Origin: Nitrospirota bacterium
GTDB taxonomy: Bacteria > Nitrospirota > UBA9217
NCBI GenBank assembly: GCA_035623825.1
Contig: DASPSR010000007.1
Location: forward strand, 32,001 to 96,000
Direction: 5' to 3'
DNA length: 64,000 bases
The translations under genes were made by a program, and so were the position numbers. Under the pieces are notes generated by a model, which had not been told where the DNA came from, ran no database searches, and saw nothing but the letters and a program-made list of their open reading frames with translations. Each line of letters starts with the position of its first letter. Position 1 is the stretch's first letter. Shown one piece after another: positions 38,699 through 48,833 of this stretch.

Positions 38699-39571
38699 AT
38701 GGCTTACGTAATCGGGAACAAGCGATACCTCGTCGATGTTCATGTCCACGGAGCGGCCGCATACGATACGCGCACGAGGAGGCAGGACGATATCCTACAG
38801 ATGGCAAACATTCACGGAGAGCGCGGCACGTCCGCCATGCTTCCCACCATTTATCCCGGTTCAGTCGAATCGATGCGCGACAATATGGCGGCTGTGCAGC
38901 GCGCCATGACAGCACAGCGGGAGGGGGCCCGTATCTTGGGTGTGCATCTCGAAGGCCCTTTCCTGAATCCGGATCGGGCAGGCGCTTTGGACGGAAAGAG
39001 CTGTGCTGATCCGTCCGTGGAAACGCTGACACGCCTTGTCGAAGATTTTGAGGATATTATCAAGATCGTTACCGTCGCTCCGGAGTTGCCAGGAGCGCTT
39101 CGGGTGATTGAGGTGTGCAGGGAGATGGGCTTTCTCGTGCACATGGGGCACAGCGATGCTTCGTTTGAGCAGGCAGAGGAGGGAAAGAACGCCGGCGCCA
39201 CCGGCATAACCCATATATTTAACGCCATGCGGGGGTTCCATCACCGCGAACCCGGTCTCGCGGGGTTCGGACTTATGGACGAGGACGTCTATGTGGAAGT
39301 CATCGCGGATATGGCGCACCTCCATCCGCAGAGCCTTAAGATGCTCTTCGACATGAAATCGCCAGATAAGATCCTCCTCGTATCGGATTCCGTCAAGGGG
39401 CCGGGCTGGGGGAACGGGCCCGTGCGTGGGGCTGGAGGAATTCTTCTTGGGAGCGGCATATCTCTAACGGATGCCGTGAAAAACCTGATATCCCTTGGCG
39501 TCCCGTCCGAGAGGGCTCTTCAGTTTGCCTCGGATAACCCGATGAGATACCTGGGAATAACGGTTCTCTAA
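38699..39571 (+). CDS. nagA: N-acetylglucosamine-6-phosphate deacetylase (short form)
   Basis: DVHVHG, GVHLEGPFLN, TVAPE, GHSDA, THIFNAM, HHREPG, ADMAHLHP, VSD. Confidence 0.85.
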   Translation: MAYVIGNKRYLVDVHVHGAAAYDTRTRRQDDILQMANIHGERGTSAMLPTIYPGSVESMRDNMAAVQRAMTAQREGARILGVHLEGPFLNPDRAGALDGKSCADPSVETLTRLVEDFEDIIKIVTVAPELPGALRVIEVCREMGFLVHMGHSDASFEQAEEGKNAGATGITHIFNAMRGFHHREPGLAGFGLMDEDVYVEVIADMAHLHPQSLKMLFDMKSPDKILLVSDSVKGPGWGNGPVRGAGGILLGSGISLTDAVKNLISLGVPSERALQFASDNPMRYLGITVL

Positions 39572-39696
39572 AAAAATCTCATGCCAAAATCCCCAATTCG
39601 TAATTTTTCATACTGCTGAATGCGGAGTCGGCATCTCATCTTGCTTCTTCGCGTTCGTTTAGAGTTGAGATATTTGATTTTTGTGTTTTTTGAACG

Positions 39697-40347
39697 ATGA
39701 CATCCATTGGACTGCTCATATTCGACCTCGACGGCACACTGGTGAATACGTTGGATGATATTGCCACGTCAGTGAATCATACCCTTGAGTGCCTGGGTGA
39801 AAGCCCGGTCGCCTTGGAGGCCGTCCGGCGGTACGTGGGAGACGGGATAGAAATGCTGATGCAGCGCTCGCTCAGGGGAAAAAAGGGGCGACTTGCTGAG
39901 GCCGTCAGCATGTACAAAGACCACCACCGACGTAACCTGGTTGTCAGATCCTCTCTTTATCCGACCGTAAAAGAGACGCTCGAATACTACAGAACGCTCC
40001 CCATGGCGGTGATTACGAACAAGACCATGGAATTTTCAAAACCCCTGCTCGATCGACTCGGTATCGGCCACTATTTTAAGCTGGTTATCGGGGCGGACCA
40101 CGGCTTGCCGCTCAAGCCTGCTCCGGACTCAGTGCTGAAGATCATGACAGAGTTCAACGTGCCGAAAGAGCGCACCGTGATCGTGGGAGACGGGACCACG
40201 GATGTTCGGGCGGGAAAGGCGGCGGGCATTATCACCTGCTCGGTGACGTATGGCTTCAGGCCCGAAGAAGAACTGAGGAAGGAAGGACCAGACTATATCA
40301 TCTCGGTCCTTTCAGACCTGCGGAAGATCTTTGCGCCAGCGACCTGA
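39697..40347 (+). CDS. HAD family phosphatase (phosphoglycolate phosphatase-like)
   Basis: IFDLDGTLV, ITNK, KPAP, VGDGTTDVRAGKAAG. Confidence 0.88.
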   Translation: MTSIGLLIFDLDGTLVNTLDDIATSVNHTLECLGESPVALEAVRRYVGDGIEMLMQRSLRGKKGRLAEAVSMYKDHHRRNLVVRSSLYPTVKETLEYYRTLPMAVITNKTMEFSKPLLDRLGIGHYFKLVIGADHGLPLKPAPDSVLKIMTEFNVPKERTVIVGDGTTDVRAGKAAGIITCSVTYGFRPEEELRKEGPDYIISVLSDLRKIFAPAT

Positions 40348-40504
40348 TTCGGCCCTGCTCATGAATTTGGTCTTTACTATTCCGGTCTGATTGGTTAATA
40401 TGTGCAATGAAAGACTCAATGTCAAGCCCAAGTTCAAATGAATTTTTCGTGACTTGAGCTTTTGAATTTTTGAAATTTGTATTTCGCGATGAAGGAGAGC
40501 TTTC

Positions 40505-41620
40505 ATGTCCCATCCACATGCTGTCAAAGCGCCCCATGGGCACGGTCATCCCGGGGGCGATGGTAAGGAAAAGAAGTACCTTCCCCGGCTAATTGCCTGG
40601 GAGGTGACGCGAAGTTGTCTCTTGAACTGTGTCCACTGCCGGGCCGCGGCCCGGTATGGTCCATATCCAGGAGAACTGACGACTGAGGAGTGCTACCGGT
40701 TTCTCGATGATGTCAAGTCCTTCAGCGACCCTATCATCATCCTTACGGGTGGCGAACCCATGATGCGGCCGGACATCTACGACATAGCAAAGTACGGCAC
40801 GAGACTTGGCCTACGTATGGTCATGGCGCCCTGCGGCCTCCTTGTGACAGAAGAACTCGCCCAGAAGATTAAGGACTCAGGCGTTATGCGGGTTTCATTG
40901 TCCATTGATGGGTTGACCGCCGAGAGCCATAATGCCTTCCGTCGTGTAGAAGGGGCATTCGAGGGCGTGATGAAGGCCATCGAGAACTTCAAGAAGGTCG
41001 GCATGGAATTCCAAGTAAATACCACTATCACACAGCACAATGTCAAGGATTTGCCGAAGCTTCTCGAGATGGTGATTAAGCTAGGCGCCGTTGCTTACCA
41101 CCCGTTCCTGCTCGTACCTACGGGCCGTGGCAAGGACCTTGCTGATCAGGAAATTCCGCCGAAAGAGTATGAAAATACGCTTAAGTGGTTTTATGAAATG
41201 CGCGACAAGGTGCCGATCCAGTTTAAACCGACATGCGCCCCGCACTACTACCGCATTTTCCGCCAGGGCGAAAAGGCAAAGGGAAAGACCGTCACTCCGG
41301 AGTCCCATGGTTTCGATGCCATGACAAAGGGCTGCATGGGAGGCCAGAGCTTTGCCTTTGTATCGCATGTCGGCAAGGTACAGATCTGCGGGTTCCTTGA
41401 GGAAGAGGCTGGCGATATCAGGAAGGAACCCTTCTCAAAGATTTGGAACACGTCGAAGCTTTTCATGGAGATGCGGGACCTCGACCACTACCACGGAAAA
41501 TGCGGCATCTGCGAGTACCGCAGGGTCTGCGGTGGGTGCCGCGCTAGGGCCTATGCAATCTCGGGGGACTATCTCGCGGCAGAGCCCTTCTGCACGTACG
41601 AGCCGGTCAAGGTGCGTTAA
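40505..41620 (+). CDS. ahbD: radical SAM/SPASM heme b synthase (AhbD-like)
   Basis: LRLIAWEVTR-type start, CLLNCVHCRA, LVPTGRG, KPTCAPHYYR, GKCGICEYRRVCGGCRARAY. Confidence 0.75.
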   Translation: MSHPHAVKAPHGHGHPGGDGKEKKYLPRLIAWEVTRSCLLNCVHCRAAARYGPYPGELTTEECYRFLDDVKSFSDPIIILTGGEPMMRPDIYDIAKYGTRLGLRMVMAPCGLLVTEELAQKIKDSGVMRVSLSIDGLTAESHNAFRRVEGAFEGVMKAIENFKKVGMEFQVNTTITQHNVKDLPKLLEMVIKLGAVAYHPFLLVPTGRGKDLADQEIPPKEYENTLKWFYEMRDKVPIQFKPTCAPHYYRIFRQGEKAKGKTVTPESHGFDAMTKGCMGGQSFAFVSHVGKVQICGFLEEEAGDIRKEPFSKIWNTSKLFMEMRDLDHYHGKCGICEYRRVCGGCRARAYAISGDYLAAEPFCTYEPVKVR

Positions 41621-41640
41621 GCGATCCTATCGTTATCACC

Positions 41641-41669
41641 GGGGATGATGAAAGCATCATCCCCTTTTT
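41641..41669 (+). terminator. intrinsic terminator
   Basis: GGGGATGATG-AAAG-CATCATCCCC-TTTTT. Confidence 0.85.
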
Positions 41670-41770
41670 ATTTGATGGCATTTAGCAATGATGGTTGCGG
41701 TCCTTATGACTGTAAGGGGCACAGGTCGTTTCTGTCCCTGCCTATGTTGCTCCGTTCCGGGTGACGGCTC

Positions 41771-42610
41771 ATGGAAAAGACAAAGTTCTCACAAGTGTTG
41801 ACAAAAATTGACAGGCTGCTCGACCGCTACGTGGACGGTAGGCCGGAGACAGCGGATTTCGAGCGGTACCATGCACATCTCTGGGAGGGGAGGAAAGCAG
41901 GGCTGCGTCCGATCCAGAGGCCCGTAAGGATTAACCAGGACGACCTCATCGGCATCGATGCAATCAAGAAACAGGTCGTGCGGAACACTCGGAATTTTAT
42001 CGAGGGCAGGAAGGCGAACAACGTACTTCTGTGGGGAGAGCGGGGTGCCGGTAAATCGTCGCTCGTGAAGTCCCTTCTTATGACCTTTGCTGACACAAAT
42101 CTGAGATTGATCCAGGTCTACAAGCATGACATACTGACCATCCAGGACCTGTATGACATACCTGCACTGAACAGCTCTTACCGGTTCATCCTCTTCATCG
42201 ATGACCTCACTTTTGAGGAAAGTCAGACCGATTATAAGGAGATGAAGACGATCATGGACGGCGGCCTGGAGGAGATTCCCGACAATGTCCTGTTCTATGC
42301 TACGTCAAACCGGAAGCACCTGATTCCAACAAGATTCTCGGACAACGAGAGCGATGAGATTCGACCCGCGGATACCGTTGAGGAAAAGATCTCCCTTGCC
42401 GACCGTTTCGGTCTGAGGTTAGGCTTCTATCATTTTTCACAGGAGACCTATCTCGAGATTGTTGCATCCTATGCCGCCAAGTATGGTCTCCGGATGGACG
42501 CTGTGAGGCTCGAGCGGCTTGCGCTCCAGTGGGCTCTTTTCGCAGGGGGGAGGAACGGGCGAATCGCCGAGCAGTTCGTGAGGTCAGTCCAGAATGAGAC
42601 CAATCCGTAG
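41771..42610 (+). CDS. DUF815 family AAA+ ATPase
   Basis: NNVLLWGERGAGKSS, FIDDLTF, YATSNRKHL, EEKISLADRFG. Confidence 0.9.
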   Translation: MEKTKFSQVLTKIDRLLDRYVDGRPETADFERYHAHLWEGRKAGLRPIQRPVRINQDDLIGIDAIKKQVVRNTRNFIEGRKANNVLLWGERGAGKSSLVKSLLMTFADTNLRLIQVYKHDILTIQDLYDIPALNSSYRFILFIDDLTFEESQTDYKEMKTIMDGGLEEIPDNVLFYATSNRKHLIPTRFSDNESDEIRPADTVEEKISLADRFGLRLGFYHFSQETYLEIVASYAAKYGLRMDAVRLERLALQWALFAGGRNGRIAEQFVRSVQNETNP

Positions 42611-43066
42611 GGGATTGGAATGTTTCAGCTTCTCTTTTTTCCTCGATTTTCCGGTGTCAGTTCTGCCTTCCCCACCGATTTATCAAATTGCGTTGTAAAA
42701 AAATGTTGCATCGGCTGGTTTTGAGGCGCTGATTTTCTATTTGCTCTTTAGCTGCTTGTTTGATATATATACTATATTTATATCGTTCTTTTATTGTTTT
42801 TTCTGATTCGCAGCATTGGCTGTCGTTGGTCATGGTTGACGGAGTAAAACTGATATCCACTATTGCGTCCACCATGCCAACGTGTTGTAATCCATCCACG
42901 TTACGGTGAATAAGGCGGGGATGTCCACAAATATCACATGTCCAAATTCCTGCTGATTTGGACTCCTCGGCCATCAGGCCGGAGAGGATGTCAGCCATGT
43001 CCGAATACAGTGATATAACGGTGCGCAGCGTCCGCTGTTGCTGAATTTGCAACCCCGGGAGGAAAA

Positions 43067-43546
43067 ATGAAAAAAATCCTTATAGCCATTGATGATTCAA
43101 AAAGTGCGATGAAGGCCGTGGAGTATGCGGGGCAACAGTTTTCCGACGTCGGTGATTTGCAGATCGCGCTCGTACACGTGCTTCCGAACCTTCCGGCCAT
43201 ATTCTGGGACGAGGGGCATATCCTCTCAGAACAGGAGAAGGCAGAGAGAAAAAAGGTCGTGGACAGGTGGTTGGCAGACCGGAAAACAAAGATGGAGCCC
43301 GTGTTTCGTAAGGCCATTGATGCACTGACTGGACTAGGGATCAAGTTGCAGCAGGTGCAGACAAAGTCAATATCCGATTCCACGGATGTTGCTCAAAGCA
43401 TCCTTGAGGAGGCCAGGGACAACGGATATCAGACAATCATCGTGGGCCGGCGGGGAGCGGCAGAAGGAAAGCATTCTCTGATTGGCAGCGTCACGAGCAA
43501 GATCATCAACCACGGAAGCGGGATTGCCGTTACGGTGGTTGAATAG
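43067..43546 (+). CDS. universal stress protein (different subtype from the island USPs)
   Basis: MKKILIAIDDS, IIVGRRG, IGSVTSKI. Confidence 0.88.
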   Translation: MKKILIAIDDSKSAMKAVEYAGQQFSDVGDLQIALVHVLPNLPAIFWDEGHILSEQEKAERKKVVDRWLADRKTKMEPVFRKAIDALTGLGIKLQQVQTKSISDSTDVAQSILEEARDNGYQTIIVGRRGAAEGKHSLIGSVTSKIINHGSGIAVTVVE

Positions 43547-43755
43547 GAAAGCCGAAGGGCTATAAATCAAGGTCCCGGATCAGCAATCTCTATGCGGAAG
43601 ACTGCTTTTTTCTTGCGGAGGCGCTTTTTGTCAGCATGGTACGCCCGGAGCAGGCTCGTGCCGGTCGGCAAACGGACCGCACATGCGACGTAAAAGAATG
43701 AAAGGCGCAAGCCGGGCATTTTTCTTTGTTCGACGGAAAGGCAATTGGTGTGGCA

Positions 43756-44202
43756 GTGAATAAGGTCATTGGAGTCATCGGCGCGGGCTTGGCCGATGAA
43801 CGCACGCTCGCTACTGCGGAAGCAACGGGGAGGCTCATCGCGAAGAGGGGTGCAATCCTTGTCTGCGGTGGTCTGGGCGGAGTGATGGAGGCCGCTGCAA
43901 AAGGCATGAAAGCCGAAGGCGGAACCACCATTGGCATACTTCCCCAGGACAAAAAAGATGGAGCCAATCCATATATAGACATTCCCATCGCCACAGGTTT
44001 CGGAGAAGGACGGAATGTCATCATCGTTCGTACTGCCGACGCACTCATTGCCGTGGGTGGCGAGTACGGCACGCTTTCGGAGATTGCCTATGCCCTCAAG
44101 ATGGGGAAACCAGTTGTGGGATTAAATACGTGGGACATCAAGGGTATAATAAAAGCGGAAAACGCAGAAGAAGCGGTTGAAAAAGCGCTTGGAAAATCAT
44201 GA
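43756..44202 (+). CDS. LOG/TIGR00725 family protein
   Basis: IGVIG, VCGGLGGVMEAA, IGILP, TGFGEGRN, GGEYGTLSEI; start uncertain. Confidence 0.85.
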   Translation: MNKVIGVIGAGLADERTLATAEATGRLIAKRGAILVCGGLGGVMEAAAKGMKAEGGTTIGILPQDKKDGANPYIDIPIATGFGEGRNVIIVRTADALIAVGGEYGTLSEIAYALKMGKPVVGLNTWDIKGIIKAENAEEAVEKALGKS

Positions 44203-44380
44203 GCGAGACTAAAAAATCTGATGCCCACAGTTGTGTCCGCTATACTGACGCTCGTAATCCATTCACGTCACCGGGAATGCGGACACCAAGCCAAAAAGTA
44301 TCTCCTGAAACGAAAGCCCTTGGAGTTGGGGAGCGTCGGCATTGCTTGGTGGTTTTGGTTCCCCGACCCACTCTTCCCCT

Positions 44381-45091
44381 ATGAACCTCATTCTGCTGTT
44401 TCCGGACGATTTTATAGACGGTACGAGCCGTGCGCGCATTCAGGGTCGCAGGCTCCGACAAGTGTTGGACGTTCACCACGCGTCGATCGACGATGAATTG
44501 TGCGTGGGACTTGCGGGTGGCGGCGTCGGCACCGGAAGGGTGATCAGCTTGAGTATGGGTTTCCTCGAGATGGAGGTGTGCTTCACAAACACGCCTCCAC
44601 CGGCGCTTCCCGTGACGCTAGTTCTCTCTCTACCGAGGCCCAAGGTCCTGAGGAGAGCACTCCGGTCGGTGAGCGCCATGGGGGTCAAGCGGGTCATTCT
44701 GTTCAACTCCTTCCGGGTGGAGAAGAGCTTCTGGCTGAGCCCTTTCCTGGACGAGTCAAGCCTCAAGGAGGAGTTGATTCTCGGCCTAGAACAGGCCCGC
44801 GACACGATTCTGCCGGAAGTCATGCTCCGGCCGCTATTCAAACCGTTCGTTGAAGATGAGCTTCCAACGCTTATTGACGGGACGCTTCCTCTTGTTGCGC
44901 ATCCGGCGGCATCCACCCCATGTCCTCGCGATCTCAAGCGTCCTGTGACCATTGCCATCGGTCCTGAAGGCGGTTTCATTCCCTATGAAATCGAAATGCT
45001 TGTTTCGCATGGATTTACTCCTATTCATCTTGGTGAACGAATACTCCCAGTCGAGACGGTATTACCTTTTTTGCTCTCGCGACTGTTCTGA
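44381..45091 (+). CDS. rsmE: 16S rRNA m3U1498 methyltransferase
   Basis: LPRPK, GLEQARDT, IGPEGGF, LGERILPVET (SPOUT knot). Confidence 0.85.
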   Translation: MNLILLFPDDFIDGTSRARIQGRRLRQVLDVHHASIDDELCVGLAGGGVGTGRVISLSMGFLEMEVCFTNTPPPALPVTLVLSLPRPKVLRRALRSVSAMGVKRVILFNSFRVEKSFWLSPFLDESSLKEELILGLEQARDTILPEVMLRPLFKPFVEDELPTLIDGTLPLVAHPAASTPCPRDLKRPVTIAIGPEGGFIPYEIEMLVSHGFTPIHLGERILPVETVLPFLLSRLF

Positions 45092-45340
45092 CGGAAGGCA
45101 TGAACACTGCGATGATCTTCCGTTTATAAACCGAAATTCAATGAAGGGTTTTTAACAGGATTATTGCCGGTTACCTGCAGAAGGAGAGCCTGGCTGAAAG
45201 GTGCCATGCGGGTGTTGCTGTCAAGCACACCGAAGGACCCTGGTTAATTGGCGTCACCCGGTATTCGTCATTGCTCGTTTCAGATACCTTCGGTGACCAT
45301 AGTCACGTTTGGGTCGGTAGTGATACAGGTGTGAAGTACA

Positions 45341-45763
45341 ATGATGATCCCAATCACCCGGAACATATCTATCGACGAGAATGAAATAGAGATGCACTTC
45401 ATCCGTTCTTCGGGGCCCGGCGGCCAGAACGTGAACAAAGTAGCCACAGCCGTGCAATTAAGGTTCGGCGTGGGGAACTCTCCCTCTCTGCCGGGCGACG
45501 TCCGTGCACGGCTTATCAGTCTTGCGGGGAGGCGTATCACACGAGAAGGGATCCTCATCGTCGAAGCGCATCGCTTCCGGACCCAGGAAAGGAACCGCGA
45601 GGACGCAATAGGTCGGTTGAAGGAGCTTATCCGAAGGGCTGCGGAAAAACCGAAGACACGGAAAAAGACGAAACCGTCCAAGGAGGTGAAGATGCGGCGT
45701 ATAGAAAGCAAAAAGCGGAGAGGCGAAGTTAAGAGGATAAGGAGAGAAATCCCGATTCATTGA
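45341..45763 (+). CDS. arfB: alternative ribosome rescue peptidyl-tRNA hydrolase
   Basis: RSSGPGGQNVNKVAT, RTQERNR, basic C-terminal tail. Confidence 0.92.
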   Translation: MMIPITRNISIDENEIEMHFIRSSGPGGQNVNKVATAVQLRFGVGNSPSLPGDVRARLISLAGRRITREGILIVEAHRFRTQERNREDAIGRLKELIRRAAEKPKTRKKTKPSKEVKMRRIESKKRRGEVKRIRREIPIH

Positions 45764-45828
45764 CATGCGCCGGGAGCAGGCGTGCTGATCGACGCAGAAT
45801 AATCAAGACACCGCTCATCTTTGATTTG

Positions 45829-46005
45829 TCACCGTTTTATCTGCTCTTTGTCCTGTTTTTTTGACAAATAGCAGGTTACACAGTAGATTCCTTCATCATC
45901 GACATGACTAGACTGCCATCTAATCTCTCCCGATGAAGTCTTTAAACTTAATCGCGTACCGCAGACGTTGCAATGTGATTTTCGTTTAGACTTATTATCA
46001 TCCAT
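45829..46005 (-). CDS. small CxxC...CxxC zinc-ribbon-like protein (58 aa; not in ORF track)
   Basis: AAGGAGG RBS 8 nt before ATG; MDDNKSKRKSHCNVCG...IYCVTCYLSKKQDKEQIKR. Confidence 0.7.
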   Translation of the reverse strand: MDDNKSKRKSHCNVCGTRLSLKTSSGEIRWQSSHVDDEGIYCVTCYLSKKQDKEQIKR

Positions 46006-46051
46006 ACGATTAACCTCCTTTCTTGAACTTGATCGGCATCCTCGCTTTTGG

Positions 46052-46399
46052 TCACGCGAGAACTGAATTACGGATAAAATCTGCGATCATGTCTTGTGAG
46101 CCGTCGGCAAACCTCATGCCAGCTGTATATGTTAACACTCTTTCCCCGCTGCGACCTTCCTCGATTCCGGTTAATTTACAACGTGCTGCAATGCCATTCA
46201 CCTCGATACTCGTGTCCCTGTCTTTTATGAGCGTAAATAAATATTCCCTCCCTACACTGAGTCTCCTATCGACTTTCAGGCCAACGCCACCGAAGCTGAT
46301 GTCGATGATTTCCACATGATCGGACGAGCTCAATTTGCCGCTCATCTCAATTAAATCCAATCCGAATCTTTTATGCCGCCTCTTCTCAAGCAACATCAT
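46052..46399 (-). CDS. PilZ domain (c-di-GMP binding) protein
   Basis: EKRRHKRF (RxxxR) and DISFGG (DxSxxG), GMRF. Confidence 0.85.
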   Translation of the reverse strand: MMLLEKRRHKRFGLDLIEMSGKLSSSDHVEIIDISFGGVGLKVDRRLSVGREYLFTLIKDRDTSIEVNGIAARCKLTGIEEGRSGERVLTYTAGMRFADGSQDMIADFIRNSVLA

Positions 46400-46471
46400 G
46401 GAACCCCCATTCTCGGTATTTCCCTCCGGCAGTTCACAGATCAATTCATGGTTGTTAGAGATAATAAAAAG

Positions 46472-46500
46472 AGTCTAAATCGTTCTAAGAGCTGTGTCAA
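46472..46500 (-). promoter_or_regulatory. sigma70-type promoter for the PilZ gene
   Basis: Minus strand TTGACA-17nt-TAGACT. Confidence 0.6.
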
Positions 46501-46626
46501 TGATAGATTGTAAAAAGAATCGAAATGATATCCGTCTTCATTTCCGACGTTCGTGAGCCGCCACTCCCGTGGTATGACCTGTTCACGCGTACTCGCGTAT
46601 TGGTCGCCTGAACATCCTGTTGAAAA

Positions 46627-47013
46627 CTACTTCTTGTTATCCTTCAGCAAGTCGCTGAGCGCTGCGAACGGCTTATAGGTGGCGTGTGTCTCCTTTTCGC
46701 TGCCCGGCGGCGCCTTGCCGAAGGATGCTTCATCCTGATACTTCTGGTGCTCGTTGTCGTGACAGTAGAGACAGAGCAACTCCCAGTTGCTGCCGTCAGG
46801 GGGGTTGTTATCGTGATTGTGGTCCTTGTGATGGACCGTCAGCTCTCGCAGCTTCCTGCCCGCGAATTCGCGGCCGCACCGGCTGCAGATATGGGGGTAC
46901 TTCTTGAGCGCCTGATCGCGGTATTCCTTTTCGCGAATCTCCCGGCTGCGTCTGGCTTCCGCAATGATCTGGTCTCGTCTATCGTTCTCGCTCTGCGTCT
47001 TCTTCGGGGACAT
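46627..47013 (-). CDS. YajD-family HNH nuclease
   Basis: CSRCGREF, LTVHHKDHNHDNNPPDGSNWELLCLYCHDNEH. Confidence 0.88.
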   Translation of the reverse strand: MSPKKTQSENDRRDQIIAEARRSREIREKEYRDQALKKYPHICSRCGREFAGRKLRELTVHHKDHNHDNNPPDGSNWELLCLYCHDNEHQKYQDEASFGKAPPGSEKETHATYKPFAALSDLLKDNKK

Positions 47014-47162
47014 GTGTGCACCCTATTAAAGCTGCTTATTCCTTACACAAGACGGATGCTTTATGCTGTTCTGCGCTACTTGGCAGTCCCTTTGCATGCC
47101 AGCCAAGGTGCTTGCGCAGCTTGTGAGTGTTGACTCGTAAGGATTACCTGTGCGGCGAAAAA

Positions 47163-48077
47163 CTAAAAAATGCTGAAGGAGAAATATTTTTTCGGATGTT
47201 CCTTGATGTCTTTTGCCAAGGCGTTGATCTCCTTCAACGTTGAGCGCAGGTCGTCGGCAAGTTCCTTGTCGGTTACAAGCTTTCCCATTGCCCCTTCTCC
47301 CCTGTCAACCTTTTCCAGGATCGCATTGAGCCGTATGGCGGCGGCATTCATGTTCTCGTACAAGCTGGCGTCCTCCACCAGCTTGTTTACGGTTCCACGC
47401 GATGTTGCCAGCTTTTCAGTGAATGAGTCAAGGGCACTAGATGCCCTGACGAACCGGTCGTAGAGAGCTGGATCCTTTACGACCTTGCTGATCGTTCCCT
47501 CGGACGACTTGAGCATGGCAGCAAAGACCTTGATATCTTTCACCGAATACAAAAGCTCCCGATAGAGCGTGTCCTCGTTCAGGAGCTTTGCAAGTGAGCC
47601 TTTGCTGGTCTCGACGTTTTCGATGGCCCGCTTGAGCTCCTCGGCAATTTCGGAGCTGGGCGACCCGCTGATTGCATCACCCGGCTTCAATAGAGCGGCC
47701 TCCCGGGTTCCGGTGCCTATTTCCACATATTTATCGCCGAGAAGCCCCATCGTGAGAATACTTGCGGTGCAATCTTTTTTAAGATACGAGAACGCCGACT
47801 TTTCGATGGCCAGTGCCGCGGTGATTTTTTCGCCTCCCTCGAACCGGAGAGACTTGACCGATCCGATCTGAATGCCCGCGAACCACACCGGCGCGCTCGG
47901 ACGCAGCCCTTTGACATCGCTGAACGTGGCATACACAATTGCTTGCGGCGTAAAAAGGCGCATCACGTTTCCCGAGAAGAGCATTGCGAAGAACATGACG
48001 GCAAGACCGGCCGTGACGACTATTCCGACTCTTAGCTTGGCCCAGCTAGCGTGCCGGCGTGAATCGAACATAACCAT
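47163..48077 (-). CDS. MlaD/MCE family protein
   Basis: N-terminal TM, VKGL...APVWFAGIQIGSV, MGLLGDKYVEI, helical tail. Confidence 0.9.
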   Translation of the reverse strand: MVMFDSRRHASWAKLRVGIVVTAGLAVMFFAMLFSGNVMRLFTPQAIVYATFSDVKGLRPSAPVWFAGIQIGSVKSLRFEGGEKITAALAIEKSAFSYLKKDCTASILTMGLLGDKYVEIGTGTREAALLKPGDAISGSPSSEIAEELKRAIENVETSKGSLAKLLNEDTLYRELLYSVKDIKVFAAMLKSSEGTISKVVKDPALYDRFVRASSALDSFTEKLATSRGTVNKLVEDASLYENMNAAAIRLNAILEKVDRGEGAMGKLVTDKELADDLRSTLKEINALAKDIKEHPKKYFSFSIF

Positions 48078-48095
48078 CCCTCCGAGTTTAGGAAT

Positions 48096-48833
48096 TTAAA
48101 GGATGTCCTTGATGAACCTCTTCAGCTCGGCGTCCTGGGTGCTCGTGAGGGCACCCAAGTCGCCATCGAACCGGATCTTTCCGTTTCTGAGATACAGGAA
48201 GCGATCAGCGACCTTGACCGCATCCGCCACATCATGGGTCACGATAATGAGCCCTGTCCGTTCAGACGGATTGCCGGATGAGAGCTCATTAATCAGGTCG
48301 CAGATGGTGTCCGCGGTGATGGGATCGAGCCCGGAAGTGGGCTCATCGTACAGCATCATCTTGGGCTTGCACCCTGCTAAGGAGCGGGCGATGGCAACCC
48401 TGCGCTGCATGCCCCCGCTGAGCTCCTCGGGCATGAGATCCGCAGCGTCCTTAATGCCTACCCGGTCGAGAAGATTTTTGACCGTGGACTCCACGATATC
48501 CTCCGGTAATTTTTCCCTCTCCAGCAGACAGAACGACACATTGTCCCGTACGCTCAGAGAGTCGAAGAGAGCGCCTTCCTGAAACACGACGCTGAAGTTC
48601 ATACGGATATCCCTGAGCTTGGATTCGGACAAATTCGCGATGTCCGTCCTATTGATCAGGATTTTACCGCTGTCAGGCTGTTCGAGACCAAGGATCAGTT
48701 TTAGGATCGTCGTCTTTCCTTTGCCGCTGGATCCCAAGATCGCGATTTTCTCATGGAACTGAATGGAAAAGCTCATTCCGTCAAGAACGGGATTCTCATT
48801 GTAGGAGAGCGTTACGTCCCGAAACTCTATCAT
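48096..48833 (-). CDS. MlaF-type ABC ATPase
   Basis: GSSGKGKT, FQEGALFDSL, LSGGMQRR, YDEPTSGLDP; start ATG 48833. Confidence 0.9.
   Translation of the reverse strand: MIEFRDVTLSYNENPVLDGMSFSIQFHEKIAILGSSGKGKTTILKLILGLEQPDSGKILINRTDIANLSESKLRDIRMNFSVVFQEGALFDSLSVRDNVSFCLLEREKLPEDIVESTVKNLLDRVGIKDAADLMPEELSGGMQRRVAIARSLAGCKPKMMLYDEPTSGLDPITADTICDLINELSSGNPSERTGLIIVTHDVADAVKVADRFLYLRNGKIRFDGDLGALTSTQDAELKRFIKDIL

Noticed and set aside
40350-40495. Low-complexity TTTGAA-like short repeats in intergenic DNA (also near 39570-39690 and 59880-59920)
   Set aside because: Too degenerate to define a unit or a function from sequence alone
42657-43052. 131-aa minus-strand ORF with a CxxC
   Set aside because: No RBS or recognisable domain; spans the AT-rich promoter region of the USP gene
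45180-45291. GGAGAG...CACCGAAGGA...TTTCAG pattern reminiscent of a glycine riboswitch
   Set aside because: Spacing too long, the AAxCTxTCAGG element is not intact and the downstream gene (arfB) is implausible; an Rfam scan would settle it
46627-47013. HNH gene as a mobile homing endonuclease or defence gene
   Set aside because: Matches the chromosomal YajD type; no intron, repeats or partner genes
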